34,964 bases of DNA, taken from Betaproteobacteria bacterium (GTDB lineage: Bacteria; Pseudomonadota; Gammaproteobacteria; Burkholderiales; Usitatibacteraceae). Both the position numbers and the translations under genes were made by a program. Shown piece by piece: positions 1 to 10,631 of this stretch. Where the stretch lies: the NCBI GenBank assembly GCA_031370095.1, contig JANMPY010000106.1, positions 1 through 34,964 of the forward strand. The letters run 5' to 3'. The notes under the pieces were generated by a model, which ran no database searches, was not told the DNA's origin, and saw nothing but the letters and a program-made list of their open reading frames with translations. Every line of letters begins with the position of its first letter. Positions within the stretch are counted from its first letter, which is position 1.

Positions 1-662
1 AATATCCGTCGGCGGAGGATAGGTTCCATATCGACGCCGAGCGCATCCGCAAGCGACTGTGTGAGAATCCAACGGTCATATCTTGACATAGCGCTTTCGT
101 TGGCGAAGTTGAGTAGCTGGACAAGGATTTGGCGTCGCAATAGCGAAAGCTCGATTGTGGCTGCGCGGCGGATGCCTGCGGCGGGCCACTCAAAGGAGTG
201 CAGCCGATTCCCGGCCTTCCAAAGCAAGTAGTTCAGGATGGGAGGCGTCACCGGCCATTGTTTTTCCGCATAGTAAGTCGTTACATATACGGTCGCAGGA
301 AAGCCGAATTCCGCGAGCATTGGCGCAACCACTTGCGCGAAATCGCTTAGCCCATCATCAAAAGTCAGTACGACACTGCGCCTTGGGAGAGTGCCATTCG
401 TGCAGCGTGTGAGAGCTTCATCCAGCGGCAGCACCACGTATCCCTCGTCACGCAGGATCTCGAATCGGCGCCGTAAAAAAGCGGGCGTCACAAAAAGTTC
501 CGGATCCCATTCGTGCTCGTCATGCAACGACACACCGTGGTAGCAGAGGATGAGTAAACGCCGCTGGCGCCATGCCGATGCTGCGATCAATTTAAGTCCG
601 CCCACGGCCCGCAGACTAAAAAGCCCTACATGGCGAACACGCCTCGCTATCTTGAGCAGCAT
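1..662 (-). CDS. Polysaccharide deacetylase (NodB/CE4 homology), XrtA-locus type; 3' end runs off the window
   Basis: Absent from the supplied ORF track because it is open to the window edge. My reverse-strand translation from the ATG at 660-662 reads MLLKIARRVRHVGLFSLRAVGGLKLIAASAWRQRRLLILCYHGVSLHDEHEWDPELFVTPAFLRRRFEILRDEGYVVLPLDEALTRCTNGTLPRRSVVLTFDDGLSDFAQVVAPMLAEFGFPATVYV..., with no stop through base 1. TFDDG is the NodB signature. The start lies 1 nt after the stop of the upstream GT gene. Confidence 0.8.
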   Translation of the reverse strand, partial: MLLKIARRVRHVGLFSLRAVGGLKLIAASAWRQRRLLILCYHGVSLHDEHEWDPELFVTPAFLRRRFEILRDEGYVVLPLDEALTRCTNGTLPRRSVVLTFDDGLSDFAQVVAPMLAEFGFPATVYVTTYYAEKQWPVTPPILNYLLWKAGNRLHSFEWPAAGIRRAATIELSLLRRQILVQLLNFANESAMSRYDRWILTQSLADALGVDMEPILRRRI

Positions 663-663
663 T

Positions 664-1866
664 TCACGCACTGCGCAGCGCCGATCGTACTAATTGATGA
701 CGACCTGAGAGGGTTTCGTAGAGTGACGAAAGTTTTTCGATCACGAATTCCTGACTAAATTTTGCTTGTACTTCCTCACGCCCCGCATTTCCAAGGCGCG
801 CGCGCAATGACGAGTCCGCCTCAAGCGACCGCAGGGCATCCGCAAGCGGTGCTGGATCATCAACAGGCACAAGTAACCCAGTAACGCCGTTGGTGACGGC
901 GTCAACAACTCCTCCAACCGGCGTTGCGACAACGGCTCTACCTGCCGCCATCCCCTCAATGACGGCGTTCGGAAATCCCTCGCTCAACGAGCAAAGCACA
1001 CTAACGTCAAGAAACTGGTGCAAATTTCGATCAGAGAGCACCTCGCCTGCGAAATGAACACGAAATTCAAGCTGAAGTTTTCGCACGAGTGCTTCAAGTT
1101 CGGCTCTGGAAGGTCCATCGCCAATGATCAAAAGATGAAATCGCTCGTCAAGTTTTGCCATTGCGGCAATTAGCAGTACGTGGTTTTTTACAGGCGATAG
1201 GCGAGCCACGATTCCAACGGCGAATGCTCCGTCAGGGAGGCCCCAAGCTCGCCGTTGCTCGAGACGCTCAAATGCATCGACCGTGTCGAACGCGCTTGCC
1301 GCAAGAAAATTGGGAATTTCCACGATTTTCTCCAGCGGCACCCGCTCATCGCAGGCCAGGAGTCCGGCGACGCCGCTACTGTTGGCCAACACGCGGTGCG
1401 CCAGCACGGAGCTCATACGATTGATGCGCACAAGCCCGGGCCGCGGTGCCTCATACCACCAGCGACGACTGGCAATAATCGAGCATTGCGTAAAAATACG
1501 CGCCCATGGAACGACGAAAATATTGCAATAGATGTCATGTGAGTGCACGACATCCATATTTCGATGCCGAAGCATTTTCGCGAGACGCATGCCCTGAACC
1601 GCCGTGCGCGGTGAGTAAAGATTTGGAATCGGGACATGTGTCATCGGTACGCCGAGACGTTCATAGCGCGCACGGAGTGGTCCGTGGGCCTGCAAGTGAA
1701 AAACAGATAACTCAATCCGCTCAGGATCGAGTGCTTCTGCAGTGCGCACTGCATTCAGCTCGGTTCCGCCAATGGCGAATGAATCAAGGCAAAATGCCAC
1801 CCTGATGGGACGCGCGGATCGCATATCAGCCGCAGACCAAGGTGCCGCGCCCTGAAGTGGAATCAT
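664..1866 (-). CDS. Glycosyltransferase family 4 (GT-B fold), PEP-CTERM/EPS locus associated
   Basis: 400-aa ORF. N-terminus IRVAFCLDSFAIGGTELNAV and C-terminal EGFPNAVIEGMAAGRAVVATPVGGVVD are typical GT4 (E-x7-E region). An internal start at M15 (1824) is possible. Confidence 0.85.
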   Translation of the reverse strand: MIPLQGAAPWSAADMRSARPIRVAFCLDSFAIGGTELNAVRTAEALDPERIELSVFHLQAHGPLRARYERLGVPMTHVPIPNLYSPRTAVQGMRLAKMLRHRNMDVVHSHDIYCNIFVVPWARIFTQCSIIASRRWWYEAPRPGLVRINRMSSVLAHRVLANSSGVAGLLACDERVPLEKIVEIPNFLAASAFDTVDAFERLEQRRAWGLPDGAFAVGIVARLSPVKNHVLLIAAMAKLDERFHLLIIGDGPSRAELEALVRKLQLEFRVHFAGEVLSDRNLHQFLDVSVLCSLSEGFPNAVIEGMAAGRAVVATPVGGVVDAVTNGVTGLLVPVDDPAPLADALRSLEADSSLRARLGNAGREEVQAKFSQEFVIEKLSSLYETLSGRHQLVRSALRSA

Positions 1867-2056
1867 TGTTATGGAAACTGCTTTCTGGTCGCTTGATTTG
1901 CTTCGCGTCGTGCAGATTCAATAAATCTATCGAAAGCGTTTTTACGTTGTTCATTTGCGCTGTTTACAAACCTTTATTTTTTAGTTCGCAAGCCAATCGT
2001 TGTGTCTAACGGTAATGCGTAGATCTCACCGGATTGCAAACGCAGGTTGAGCCGTA

Positions 2057-4837
2057 TCAGAGTGACCGAAGCAATTGCTCGATTTCCACTTTCAGGGCAG
2101 ATTTTTCGCCGTGCTTCGCGGCCGCCTCAAGCTCTTTTTTTGCGCCTGCTTTATCCCCGGACTTGATTAGTGCTTTCGCCAGATGCAATCGTATCTCGAC
2201 AGCCTGTGGCGCACGCGTTGCCGCCTGAGACAATAGCTCGATGCCCCGTGTCCCGCTATCGCTGTTAACTAGCAACCACCCGTAAGTATCCAGAACCCCG
2301 GCGTTCGTCGGCGCAAGTGCATACGCTTTTTCGGCATAACTTAATGCAGCAGGGTCTTTCAATTCGCCAAGAATCCAAGCCAGGTTATTTAAAGTTTCGA
2401 AGTGATTGGGGTTCTTCTTGAGAATATCCTTGTAACGTTGCGCGGCGTCTTTGTAATCTCTGTTCTGCATGGACGTTGTCGCCAAAAAAAACCGCAGCGT
2501 CGTGTCATCAGGATTCTCCTTCAGCCACTTGGCCGCGGTCGCGCTGGCCTCAGCCGAAAGGCCTGCGGCCTCGAAAAGCTGTATTTGCCTCACCACGAGC
2601 TCCGCGCCAGGCTGGCGTTTCGATGCTTCTGCGTACGCCTTCGCTGCATCGGCAGGTTTTTTCTGGCTCTCAAGTACATCACCTTCCATCGCGAATCCGA
2701 TCGCCTCCTTCGGCCTCGCTTGTTGTATCGCTTTGGCTTCCTTGAGCGCTGCTTCGGGCTTCCCGGCGGCAAGCTGCAATGCAATGATTCCACGTTGTGC
2801 CTCGAGCAGATCTGGTTTGATCGCAAGCGCTTTTCGCAATGCCTGAATAGGAGCGTCAACCTGCTTGGCGGCGTAGCTCGCGGCGGCTAAACGTAATTGC
2901 GGCAAGGGTGAATCTGGTTGTGCACTTGCAAGCTTGTTAAAGGTCTCAATCGCCTGGCTGGTTTCGCCAGCCGCCAATTGCGCAAGCCCAAGTGCATCGA
3001 GAATTCTGGGCTCGTTTTGAATCGCAGCGTTTGCGGCCTGTGCCGCAGCGAGCGTCGCTGTCGTGTCTCTGGTTTGGTTAAGGAAGCTGATTTGCGCCAC
3101 GCGGGAAGCGACAGACGTAGGGTTGGCTTTAATCGCGCGGTCAAAGGTGGCAATAATCTCTTTGCGAGATGCCTTGGCAGAAGCTTGTACTTGTGCGAGC
3201 GCGAGAAGCGCCCCTTCATTGTTTGGCTCTTTCGCCAAGATAGATTCGAATCGATTTGTCGCTGCCGCGAAATTTTTATCAGTGATATCGAGGCCGGCAA
3301 GCACACGCGCTGCGGGCAGGTAATTTGCCTGAATGGACAACGCCTTTTCAAGATGCACCCGCGCACTCTTGGCGTCATTTTTGGCGAGGTACACGGCACC
3401 CTTGATGCTGTAGGTAGTCGGGTGGTTCGGCAGTTTTTGTTCAAGCGTAGCAACTGCAGCGAGGGCTTTGTCGTACTCTTTACGCGTCACGTACGTTGAA
3501 ATCAGGGCAAGATCCGACTGATACTGGGTCTTGTCGAGTCCGGAGGTTGATTCCAAATCAGCAAGCGCGCGGTCGGTTTCGCCGCTGGCGAGGCGAATCT
3601 GGGCCAACCTCGTTTTTAAAGCAGAGTTGTCTTTTTCGAGAGCAAGCGCCTGATCGTAATACCTGGCCGCATCCTTGAGTTTGTTGTTTGCAACTGCCAC
3701 CTCACCCGCCGCCCGCAGAACGGTGGGGTCGTTCGGCGCGAGCGAAATTGCAGGGGCAAGTGCATCTTCCGCTTTGCCTGGCTGGCCTTGTCGCAAATAG
3801 GTTGCCACCAATAAATTTCGCGCGTACAAATTATTCGGGAATTTTGCAATTACCTTGCGCAAATAGTCTGCGGCGGTCGATAGCGAACCAAGCTGATATT
3901 CCGCCGCCCCTGCGAGCAACAGAGAAGGACCCTGATCCGGAATCGCGTTGAGCACCTGCAAAACCGCGTCTCGCGCCTTCGCAGGTTCGTTTTGCCTGAA
4001 CGCCAGCAGTGCCTCCAAATATTTTCCGCGTATATCACGCGGAAGGTTTTTTTTCATGTCCGTGATGGCACCGTTGGCCAGATCAAACTTTCCCCCCGCG
4101 ATTAAAAGAGACACCAGTGCAAATCGCGCCTGACCGTTGTAGGGCATTACTTTAACCAGCGTGGTCAGGATCGTTATCGCCTCTTCATTCTTTCCTTGTG
4201 AAGCCAGCAAATCAGCCTTAAGCGCAAGCGCATGCGGAAAGTCCGGATTTTTTGCCAGGATGTCGTTGGCTATCGCCGTCGCCCCCGCGACGTCGCCTGC
4301 GGCGGCAATGTTGCGACCTTCGCCAGCGCGTGCTCGTGGGTACCCGGGGACGCTTGCCAGCGCGACCGAAAAAGCTTCCCGCGCCTGCTTTGGCTGTCCC
4401 AAGGCGAGATACGCTTCGCCAACGTCGGTCTTAATTGACGCTTGACGCTCGCCATCGCTGATGCGTACATTCTCGAATTCCGAGACTAATTTCTTATGCT
4501 CCCCTAAAGCCAGCATAACTTTCGAAAGTTCGGGATAAATGGCATCTACGGGATATTTTGATTCCAACGCTTGCCGTAGTTGAACCTGCGCGACCGTATA
4601 GTCACCCATTCCAATCGACGTTGTTCCCAAAAGATAGCGGATTTCGCCACTGTCCTTCTGCTTTAGCGCATTCTTCAGTTGAATTGAGGCTGCTGGATAA
4701 TCTTTTTTCGCGAGGTATTCTTTCGCAGAAGCAACGAGCGCGTCTGGTCTCTCGTCGCTACAAGCGCTCAGCAGAGCCGCACTAACCACCAGTACCGCTG
4801 CACCCTTCAAAATCATACGAAGCCCGTTGACATTCAT
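2057..4837 (-). CDS. prsT: PEP-CTERM system TPR-repeat lipoprotein PrsT
   Basis: Long, Ala/Leu-rich, TPR-like repeat protein directly downstream of prsK-prsR. Lipoprotein signal MNVNGLRMILKGAAVLVVSAALLSAC (lipobox LSAC). The ORF is open to 4903, but that start would overlap prsR. I prefer the ATG at 4837 (or 4849). Confidence 0.85.
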   Translation of the reverse strand: MNVNGLRMILKGAAVLVVSAALLSACSDERPDALVASAKEYLAKKDYPAASIQLKNALKQKDSGEIRYLLGTTSIGMGDYTVAQVQLRQALESKYPVDAIYPELSKVMLALGEHKKLVSEFENVRISDGERQASIKTDVGEAYLALGQPKQAREAFSVALASVPGYPRARAGEGRNIAAAGDVAGATAIANDILAKNPDFPHALALKADLLASQGKNEEAITILTTLVKVMPYNGQARFALVSLLIAGGKFDLANGAITDMKKNLPRDIRGKYLEALLAFRQNEPAKARDAVLQVLNAIPDQGPSLLLAGAAEYQLGSLSTAADYLRKVIAKFPNNLYARNLLVATYLRQGQPGKAEDALAPAISLAPNDPTVLRAAGEVAVANNKLKDAARYYDQALALEKDNSALKTRLAQIRLASGETDRALADLESTSGLDKTQYQSDLALISTYVTRKEYDKALAAVATLEQKLPNHPTTYSIKGAVYLAKNDAKSARVHLEKALSIQANYLPAARVLAGLDITDKNFAAATNRFESILAKEPNNEGALLALAQVQASAKASRKEIIATFDRAIKANPTSVASRVAQISFLNQTRDTTATLAAAQAANAAIQNEPRILDALGLAQLAAGETSQAIETFNKLASAQPDSPLPQLRLAAASYAAKQVDAPIQALRKALAIKPDLLEAQRGIIALQLAAGKPEAALKEAKAIQQARPKEAIGFAMEGDVLESQKKPADAAKAYAEASKRQPGAELVVRQIQLFEAAGLSAEASATAAKWLKENPDDTTLRFFLATTSMQNRDYKDAAQRYKDILKKNPNHFETLNNLAWILGELKDPAALSYAEKAYALAPTNAGVLDTYGWLLVNSDSGTRGIELLSQAATRAPQAVEIRLHLAKALIKSGDKAGAKKELEAAAKHGEKSALKVEIEQLLRSL

Positions 4838-4880
4838 GCTCAACCCCATATTAAAAACAGCTGACATCGCGTGTCGTTCA

Positions 4881-6233
4881 TCAACGCAGGCCAAAACGAT
4901 CAAGAAGTTCGTAGAGTGTTGGGCGACTGATGCCCAGCATGTCGGCGGCCTTGCTCAGATTACCGTCCGCTCGTCCGAGCACGCGTACCACGGCCTGCTT
5001 CTCTGCCACGTCGCGCACTTGGCGAAGGTTTAGTGTTGGGCTTTCATGCTCGACATTCAAGCCAAGATCAGAACTGCGAATCACACTGCCCTCGGCCATG
5101 ATTACTGCACGCTTGATGCAATTTTCGAGCTCACGCACATTGCCTGTCCATGGATGCGCTTCGATCGCATTGATCGCGTCCGGTAATAATGTCAAAGAGC
5201 CGCGACGCTGTTCCTCAGCAAACCGCCGCACAAACGCATGCGCGAGCAAGCCTGGATCACCGGGCCTTTCTCTCAGCGGAGGGATTTCAAGCACGATCTC
5301 TGCGAGTCGAAAATACAGATCTTCCCGAAAATTTCCCTGCCCGATCATTTCTTTTAGATTTCGGTGGGTCGCACAGACGATGCGAACATCGACAGGAATT
5401 TCTTCGCGCCCGCCTACCCGTTCTATCACCCGCTCCTGTAGAAAACGCAACAGCTTGCCTTGCAGCGCCAGCGGAAGGTCGCCGATTTCGTCGAGGAAAA
5501 GTGTGCCTTTGTTCGCCGTCTCGATCTTTCCCAATGTTTGCTTTGTGGCACCGGTGAAGGCACCTTTCTCGTAGCCGAAAAGTTCGCTTTCAAGCAGCGT
5601 CTCGGGGATCGCCGCGCAGTTAATTGCCACGCACCGCTCCTTGCGGCGTGGGGAAAGATCGTGCAATGCTCGCGCGACCAGTTCTTTGCCGGTGCCAGAT
5701 TCACCCAGCAACAAAATTGTTGCTGTTGTCGGCGCAACTTTTTCCGCCATGTGGCAAACACGCAGCATCTCTGCATCACGGGTAATGATGCCGGCAAAAC
5801 CGGCGGGCTTTGCAGAAGACTGCAGACGTCGATTTTCCTCTTGTAGCTCATAAAGACAAAACGCGCGCTCAATGGTGAGCGACAGCAATTCCGGCTCGAA
5901 GGGTTTTGCGTAAAAATCGTAGGCGCCCAAGCGAATAGCTTTCAGCGCATTCGAGTGGTCGTCTTGGCCGGTAAGCACGATTACTTTGGTGTGCGGTGCC
6001 AGCGCCAGAATGTTCTGAAGTAGCGCGAAGCCTTCGGTGGCGTCTTCTGGATGTGGTGGCAAACCCAGATCCATCGTGATCACAGCCGGTTCATGACGAC
6101 GAACTTGTGCAATTGCGCTTTCAGGATCGCCCGCAACCAATGTTTCGTTTCGATCAAATGCCCACCGCATTTGCTTTTGTAGCGCCGGATCGTCCTCAAC
6201 GATAAGCAAGGGTTTTCGCTTTGTGTCGTTCAT
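4881..6233 (-). CDS. prsR: Sigma-54-dependent response regulator PrsR (PEP-CTERM-box transcription factor)
   Basis: 450 aa. REC domain (LLIVEDDP...), AAA+ Walker A GESGTGKE, sigma-54 contact motif GAFTGA (EKGAFTGA) and a C-terminal Fis-type HTH (AADMLGISRPTLYELL). Start overlaps the prsK stop (ATGA at 6230-6233). Confidence 0.92.
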   Translation of the reverse strand: MNDTKRKPLLIVEDDPALQKQMRWAFDRNETLVAGDPESAIAQVRRHEPAVITMDLGLPPHPEDATEGFALLQNILALAPHTKVIVLTGQDDHSNALKAIRLGAYDFYAKPFEPELLSLTIERAFCLYELQEENRRLQSSAKPAGFAGIITRDAEMLRVCHMAEKVAPTTATILLLGESGTGKELVARALHDLSPRRKERCVAINCAAIPETLLESELFGYEKGAFTGATKQTLGKIETANKGTLFLDEIGDLPLALQGKLLRFLQERVIERVGGREEIPVDVRIVCATHRNLKEMIGQGNFREDLYFRLAEIVLEIPPLRERPGDPGLLAHAFVRRFAEEQRRGSLTLLPDAINAIEAHPWTGNVRELENCIKRAVIMAEGSVIRSSDLGLNVEHESPTLNLRQVRDVAEKQAVVRVLGRADGNLSKAADMLGISRPTLYELLDRFGLR

Positions 6234-8338
6234 GCTTTTTCTTGAGGCTCTTCGATATTTATAGTATTTTCAGCAAGCAGCAGCAGTACGCGTACGCACG
6301 TGCCTGAGTTCAGCTCGCTTTCCACCACGATTTGACCGCCAATTCCGCTGATGTACTGAAAGCTTTCATTCATGCCGATGCCCATTCCTTGCGGTTTCGT
6401 TGTTTGGAACGGTCGAAACAGGCGTTCTTGCACGAACTCCTTTGTCATGCCTATGCCCCGGTCGACTATTTCTATCACTGCATATTTATCGTCGGAGTAT
6501 GCACGCAACATTACCCGGCTACCGGTCTCACCCGTTGCTTCGATGGCATTTTGAACGACGTGACCAATCACACGCTCCAAGTGTTCATCATGTGCGAGCG
6601 CAAGTAGAACTGGACCTGATTTTACGTCAATTGAGGTTGAGGATTCCCGCTTTGCCGCGACAACGCTATTGATGATTTCACGAACGTCAATGGGGCGAGG
6701 GTTGGCAGTTGGCGTTGCACCGGTTCTGAGCTGAAGCATCAATAGGTTCATGCGCGTAACGACGTGCTTGATCGTTTCGAGCATGTCTGCTTGAAATTCC
6801 GGCTTGTCGCGATGTCGGGTAGCGTTTTTCAGCAGCAAGACGAGTTGGGCAATGAGGTTTTTCAAATCATGAACGACAAAAGCGGACATGCGATTGAAGG
6901 CGTCGAATTTCTCCGCCTCCAACAAAGCTTCATTTGCTCGAAACTGCGCAAGATAACTTGCCGCTTGTCGGCTCGCCGTCTTCAGTAAATCCCTAATCTC
7001 CCAGTTAATATCGACAGGTGTCCGTGGTCGGGTCAGTATGACGAATCCAATCATGTCTGGCCCATTTGGCAGTGGAATCACCAACCAAGCGTCCTTGAGC
7101 GTTAATAGCCAATCTGGTAGGCTTAACGCCGGATAACGGTTGGGTGCGCCAACAAATTCGTCGATGCGAATGATCCATCCTGTGCGGACAAGAAACGTGG
7201 ACAGTGAACTTGAAACCAACTCGACCGCACCGATTGCAGACATATTCACACTGGCCACTTGGCAAAAAGCACCGCCGCGCTCCATCCACACAGCACCGCC
7301 GTGACTTTCCACCAGATCAGCAAGGGCACGTACAACTTTTTCATGCAGATTTTTTCCGGTCTCTGACGTTCCCAATACCTGGGTAAATTGCAACCATTCC
7401 TTTCTATAGTCGTACCGGTAGGAAAAAAGATGTTTGTTAATGAAAACCCTCAGCGTCGCACGTAAGCGACCTGATACCCCGAGAGTGGTGAGGCAGAGCA
7501 GCGCGGCAAAAACAAACGCGATTTGTAGTGTTTCGCCCCAGCCCCCCCCGAAGGCTCGCACCCAATAACCCGCGCCAGCAACTAGTAACAGGCAAATTCC
7601 CGCGATGCTGACAGCGGTCGAGTGGAATACGATTCCGCGTGAGACATGCAAATCAATCGTCCAGGTCGTATTGCGCGCAGTCGCCACGGCTACAAAGAAA
7701 ACGACGAACGCATGGGCAACACCGCGTGCCGCCCACATGCCAGGGTCAAGATGCTTGAATAATACAGCCTCGGCATACATAAAAAGATCAAAGGCAAACA
7801 TGCCCGCAAGCCCGATCACGAGCGGTTTTATTGCCCACCGACGGCTTTCCGGCGTACGTCGATATAGTTGTTCGGTCAATGCAAGCCCGAGGACTGAGAT
7901 ACCGAGCAGCACCAGAAATACGCCCATCGCCCCCTGTTCCCCGGTGGCGCGATGCCATGGCAGATCCTCCGGCAAAATCATCGCTGCAGTCAATAGTGCT
8001 GCGGTGCCAATAAGACGCCACGGTCGCGATTTTAATTCGTTCGGCGTGGCGCGCTTATCTGGCCACTCGCCGAGCAACAGCAACAAAAACGCGAGCCATG
8101 CACCGATGCGCAGAACATCGAAAACCCGCGCCAGCCACCAAAACTCCGGGATTGAAAACGCGAGCGCTACGCAGACAAAACTTGCCCACAGGGCGCTACC
8201 GACGGCGGCACCGAGCACCACTTGAGCCCGCCGTCCGCCGCGCCAGCTAAGCGTGAGCCGAGCTGCAAACGCGACGAAGATCAAAGCCGCGAAACCATAG
8301 CTCCATATTGTTGGATCGTAAAGTAAAGAGTTAGGCAA
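6230..8338 (-). CDS. prsK: PEP-CTERM system sensor histidine kinase PrsK
   Basis: 702 aa. About 300 aa multi-TM N-terminus, central GAF-like region, H-box FVVHDLKNL and an HATPase_c region (GIGMTKEF...GMGIGMNE). Translationally coupled to prsR. The first codon at 8338 is TTG, so the exact start is uncertain. Confidence 0.88.
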   Translation of the reverse strand: MPNSLLYDPTIWSYGFAALIFVAFAARLTLSWRGGRRAQVVLGAAVGSALWASFVCVALAFSIPEFWWLARVFDVLRIGAWLAFLLLLLGEWPDKRATPNELKSRPWRLIGTAALLTAAMILPEDLPWHRATGEQGAMGVFLVLLGISVLGLALTEQLYRRTPESRRWAIKPLVIGLAGMFAFDLFMYAEAVLFKHLDPGMWAARGVAHAFVVFFVAVATARNTTWTIDLHVSRGIVFHSTAVSIAGICLLLVAGAGYWVRAFGGGWGETLQIAFVFAALLCLTTLGVSGRLRATLRVFINKHLFSYRYDYRKEWLQFTQVLGTSETGKNLHEKVVRALADLVESHGGAVWMERGGAFCQVASVNMSAIGAVELVSSSLSTFLVRTGWIIRIDEFVGAPNRYPALSLPDWLLTLKDAWLVIPLPNGPDMIGFVILTRPRTPVDINWEIRDLLKTASRQAASYLAQFRANEALLEAEKFDAFNRMSAFVVHDLKNLIAQLVLLLKNATRHRDKPEFQADMLETIKHVVTRMNLLMLQLRTGATPTANPRPIDVREIINSVVAAKRESSTSIDVKSGPVLLALAHDEHLERVIGHVVQNAIEATGETGSRVMLRAYSDDKYAVIEIVDRGIGMTKEFVQERLFRPFQTTKPQGMGIGMNESFQYISGIGGQIVVESELNSGTCVRVLLLLAENTINIEEPQEKA

Positions 8339-8575
8339 GGTTATGGGCTTGTCGTTTAATTCGATATAGCTTCAGGACTGTCGGACTGTACGCTATTCGT
8401 ACTCCATTAATCACGGCGAAAACTTCAAGCCGAATTGTATGCGGTTACATAAATTTTTCCTCTGGCTATTTCGCGCGAATCCTTCTCGAGGCTAACAATA
8501 ATTAGCACGTCGACTTCGAAGCCAAGAGTTCTTAGCGGGATGCTGATTAATTTTTCGTCCGCCCCCTGTTAGATA

Positions 8576-10111
8576 TCATGGTTTAGACGTGCGAAGCAGC
8601 GCGTTTTCCAAAGCTCCACCCATGTCGCGAGTGAATTCTTGCAGCGACTTTGAAGATATGTCCGAGGATTCATTTGCACTCGTGTAAATTGCAACCCAGG
8701 CTGACGCGCCGGGTCCGCCAGATAAGCGCGTGCGAAGCTGCCGAAACTTCGCGGCAACGTCATTTGCAGTAGATACCCCATTAATCCAATACCAATGCCA
8801 TGCAAGTACTCTACCCGTGCGGCCAAGTATTACGCCAGTTTTTGCTTCGAGAGGCTGGCCTGATATTTCAGTCTGTACGACGCCTCGATCCGCCAGGTTC
8901 CAGCTCGATTTATCCCCGCCAGCAAGTTGGTTGGTCACGGTTACCAGCTTGGACTCCCACGTTTCGTTGCGAAAGATGCCGACAAAAACACTGACGCGAC
9001 GGCTCGCTTTTTCAAAAACCTGGATGCGGAGCAATGAAGGGTTAGTGAGTTCCGGGGCCCATTCCAGTGCCGACGTTTCAACCGGCGACCAGCCAGCCTG
9101 CGGTAGGATATTTGCTACTTCCATTGGGCTTGATATCAGCTGAACCTGCAACCGAGATTCATACAACGGCCAAACTGCCAATGCGACCGCAATCAGAGCG
9201 GAAACGGTTAGGAGCCGATGTACAGACGGCCCGCGCAAGGGGGACGAACTTGTGGCCACTCCATTGAGATCAAGTCGACTGTTGTCGCCTGCCGACGGCT
9301 CCGCGTCGCGATAGCGCAGCCCAAACCAACAAAAAAAGAATAGAAATACGGCGAATAGCAGCCAGCCAAAAGTATAGTGATCCTCGCGAAGAAAACGGTT
9401 ATCGCTATAGTGTGCGACCATCATCGTCAGGTAAACGCGGACCCAGTTACCAACTACGCCAATAACGGCCGCGCCAGCGATGAAAACAACACGTTTCATG
9501 GGCGAAACATAAATCGTCCATGCATACAATACGCCAAGTAACAAGCAAGTACTTAGGAACGCTACCCCGCTACAGGTGTCGGCGACGGACCACGTACCGC
9601 TGGGAAGGACAAAATACGCTCCCTCGCGGTATATCGGAACACCTGATGCTCGTATGCCCAACTCGGCGAACTTCGCAGTCCATTTCACCAAGGTTGGAAC
9701 CAGTGGGCTCCACATCGGAACCGCAAACATCAACACGAAAAATGGAAAGGCCATTGCGGCCAACCAGCGAAATCCAAGCAAGGTCAGCACGGCCATTGGA
9801 ACCATCGCGAGCACGGCAAGCTGCGTGAAGACGCGGGTGAAGACAAGCTGTCCCGACAGCCAAATAAATCCCAATCCAATCAGCCCGATGAATCCAAACA
9901 AGAAGGGATGAATCGGCAACATGGCAAGTTTGGCGCGCAGATTCCAAATGAGCACCAAAACGACGAAGACGACGAGCGCACTGTGAGAAGAATAATCTGT
10001 GTCCCTCCCAAACCCCAGTAAATTAGCGGTAGTCGGCCAGTATATGCACGCGACTGAAATGAAGATTGCGGCTAAGATAAGAGGCCCGGCGACAAGCACG
10101 CGACCAATCAT
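8576..10111 (-). CDS. xrtA: Exosortase A (XrtA) fused to an EpsI-family domain
   Basis: 511 aa. The polytopic N-terminal ~270 aa carries the exosortase signature residues: Cys in ADTCSGV (Cys180), Arg in GNWVRVY and His in DHYTFGWLLF. After a linker and one TM (LLTVSALIAVALAVWPL), a ~190-aa soluble domain follows of EpsI size and position. ATG start at 10109-10111. Confidence 0.88.
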   Translation of the reverse strand: MIGRVLVAGPLILAAIFISVACIYWPTTANLLGFGRDTDYSSHSALVVFVVLVLIWNLRAKLAMLPIHPFLFGFIGLIGLGFIWLSGQLVFTRVFTQLAVLAMVPMAVLTLLGFRWLAAMAFPFFVLMFAVPMWSPLVPTLVKWTAKFAELGIRASGVPIYREGAYFVLPSGTWSVADTCSGVAFLSTCLLLGVLYAWTIYVSPMKRVVFIAGAAVIGVVGNWVRVYLTMMVAHYSDNRFLREDHYTFGWLLFAVFLFFFCWFGLRYRDAEPSAGDNSRLDLNGVATSSSPLRGPSVHRLLTVSALIAVALAVWPLYESRLQVQLISSPMEVANILPQAGWSPVETSALEWAPELTNPSLLRIQVFEKASRRVSVFVGIFRNETWESKLVTVTNQLAGGDKSSWNLADRGVVQTEISGQPLEAKTGVILGRTGRVLAWHWYWINGVSTANDVAAKFRQLRTRLSGGPGASAWVAIYTSANESSDISSKSLQEFTRDMGGALENALLRTSKP

Positions 10112-10597
10112 TCAGCACCGTCAAGCAGTAACTGCGTATCGCCTTGCCACCCATAAGCAAAAGTGCCGTTGCATGCGATCCAGAACGATATTTTCGCTCC
10201 AATTCGCATGCTATTTCCCCAGTCCTAAACCACCGTCGGTCAACAGCAAATCCTGCGTCATAGTCCCCACTTCTTCCGTTTTTCGGCTTCCGACGCCACT
10301 TAGCGTTACGTTTCTGGCCAATTGTACATGGCTGTACACGGTGAATTAAGCGTCCATTGCTCATGGGGCTAACAAAACTTCGGGATTAGCCATGTCCGTT
10401 CGAGTCGCTCCAAGAGACCCTGAGTCTTCAAATTCCTAAAGGGAATCCATGTACGCTCCAATGGACCGTTGTAGGATCCGCTTCAACTAAGACGCGCACA
10501 TTTGGAGCGGGCAAGCAGAGAAGAAATACGAACAATTCTTAGGCAGCCGTGTCCGTCGCATTATGGGGAATCTTCGTAGTGAACACCAAATGTCATC

Positions 10598-10631
10598 TTA
10601 CAAAACAAATACCCCGCCAAGGGCAGGGTAT
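10598..10631 (-). terminator. Rho-independent terminator downstream of the first PEP-CTERM gene
   Basis: Minus-strand reading: ATACCCTGCCCTTGGCGGGGTAT hairpin followed by TTGTTTTGT, about 35 nt after the stop at 10667. Confidence 0.7.

Noticed and set aside
155-412. 85-aa plus-strand ORF from the track at the left edge.
   Set aside because: It is antisense to the clearly coding NodB-type deacetylase frame (TFDDG motif) that runs off the window. Its composition is Arg/Ser/Ala-biased noise.
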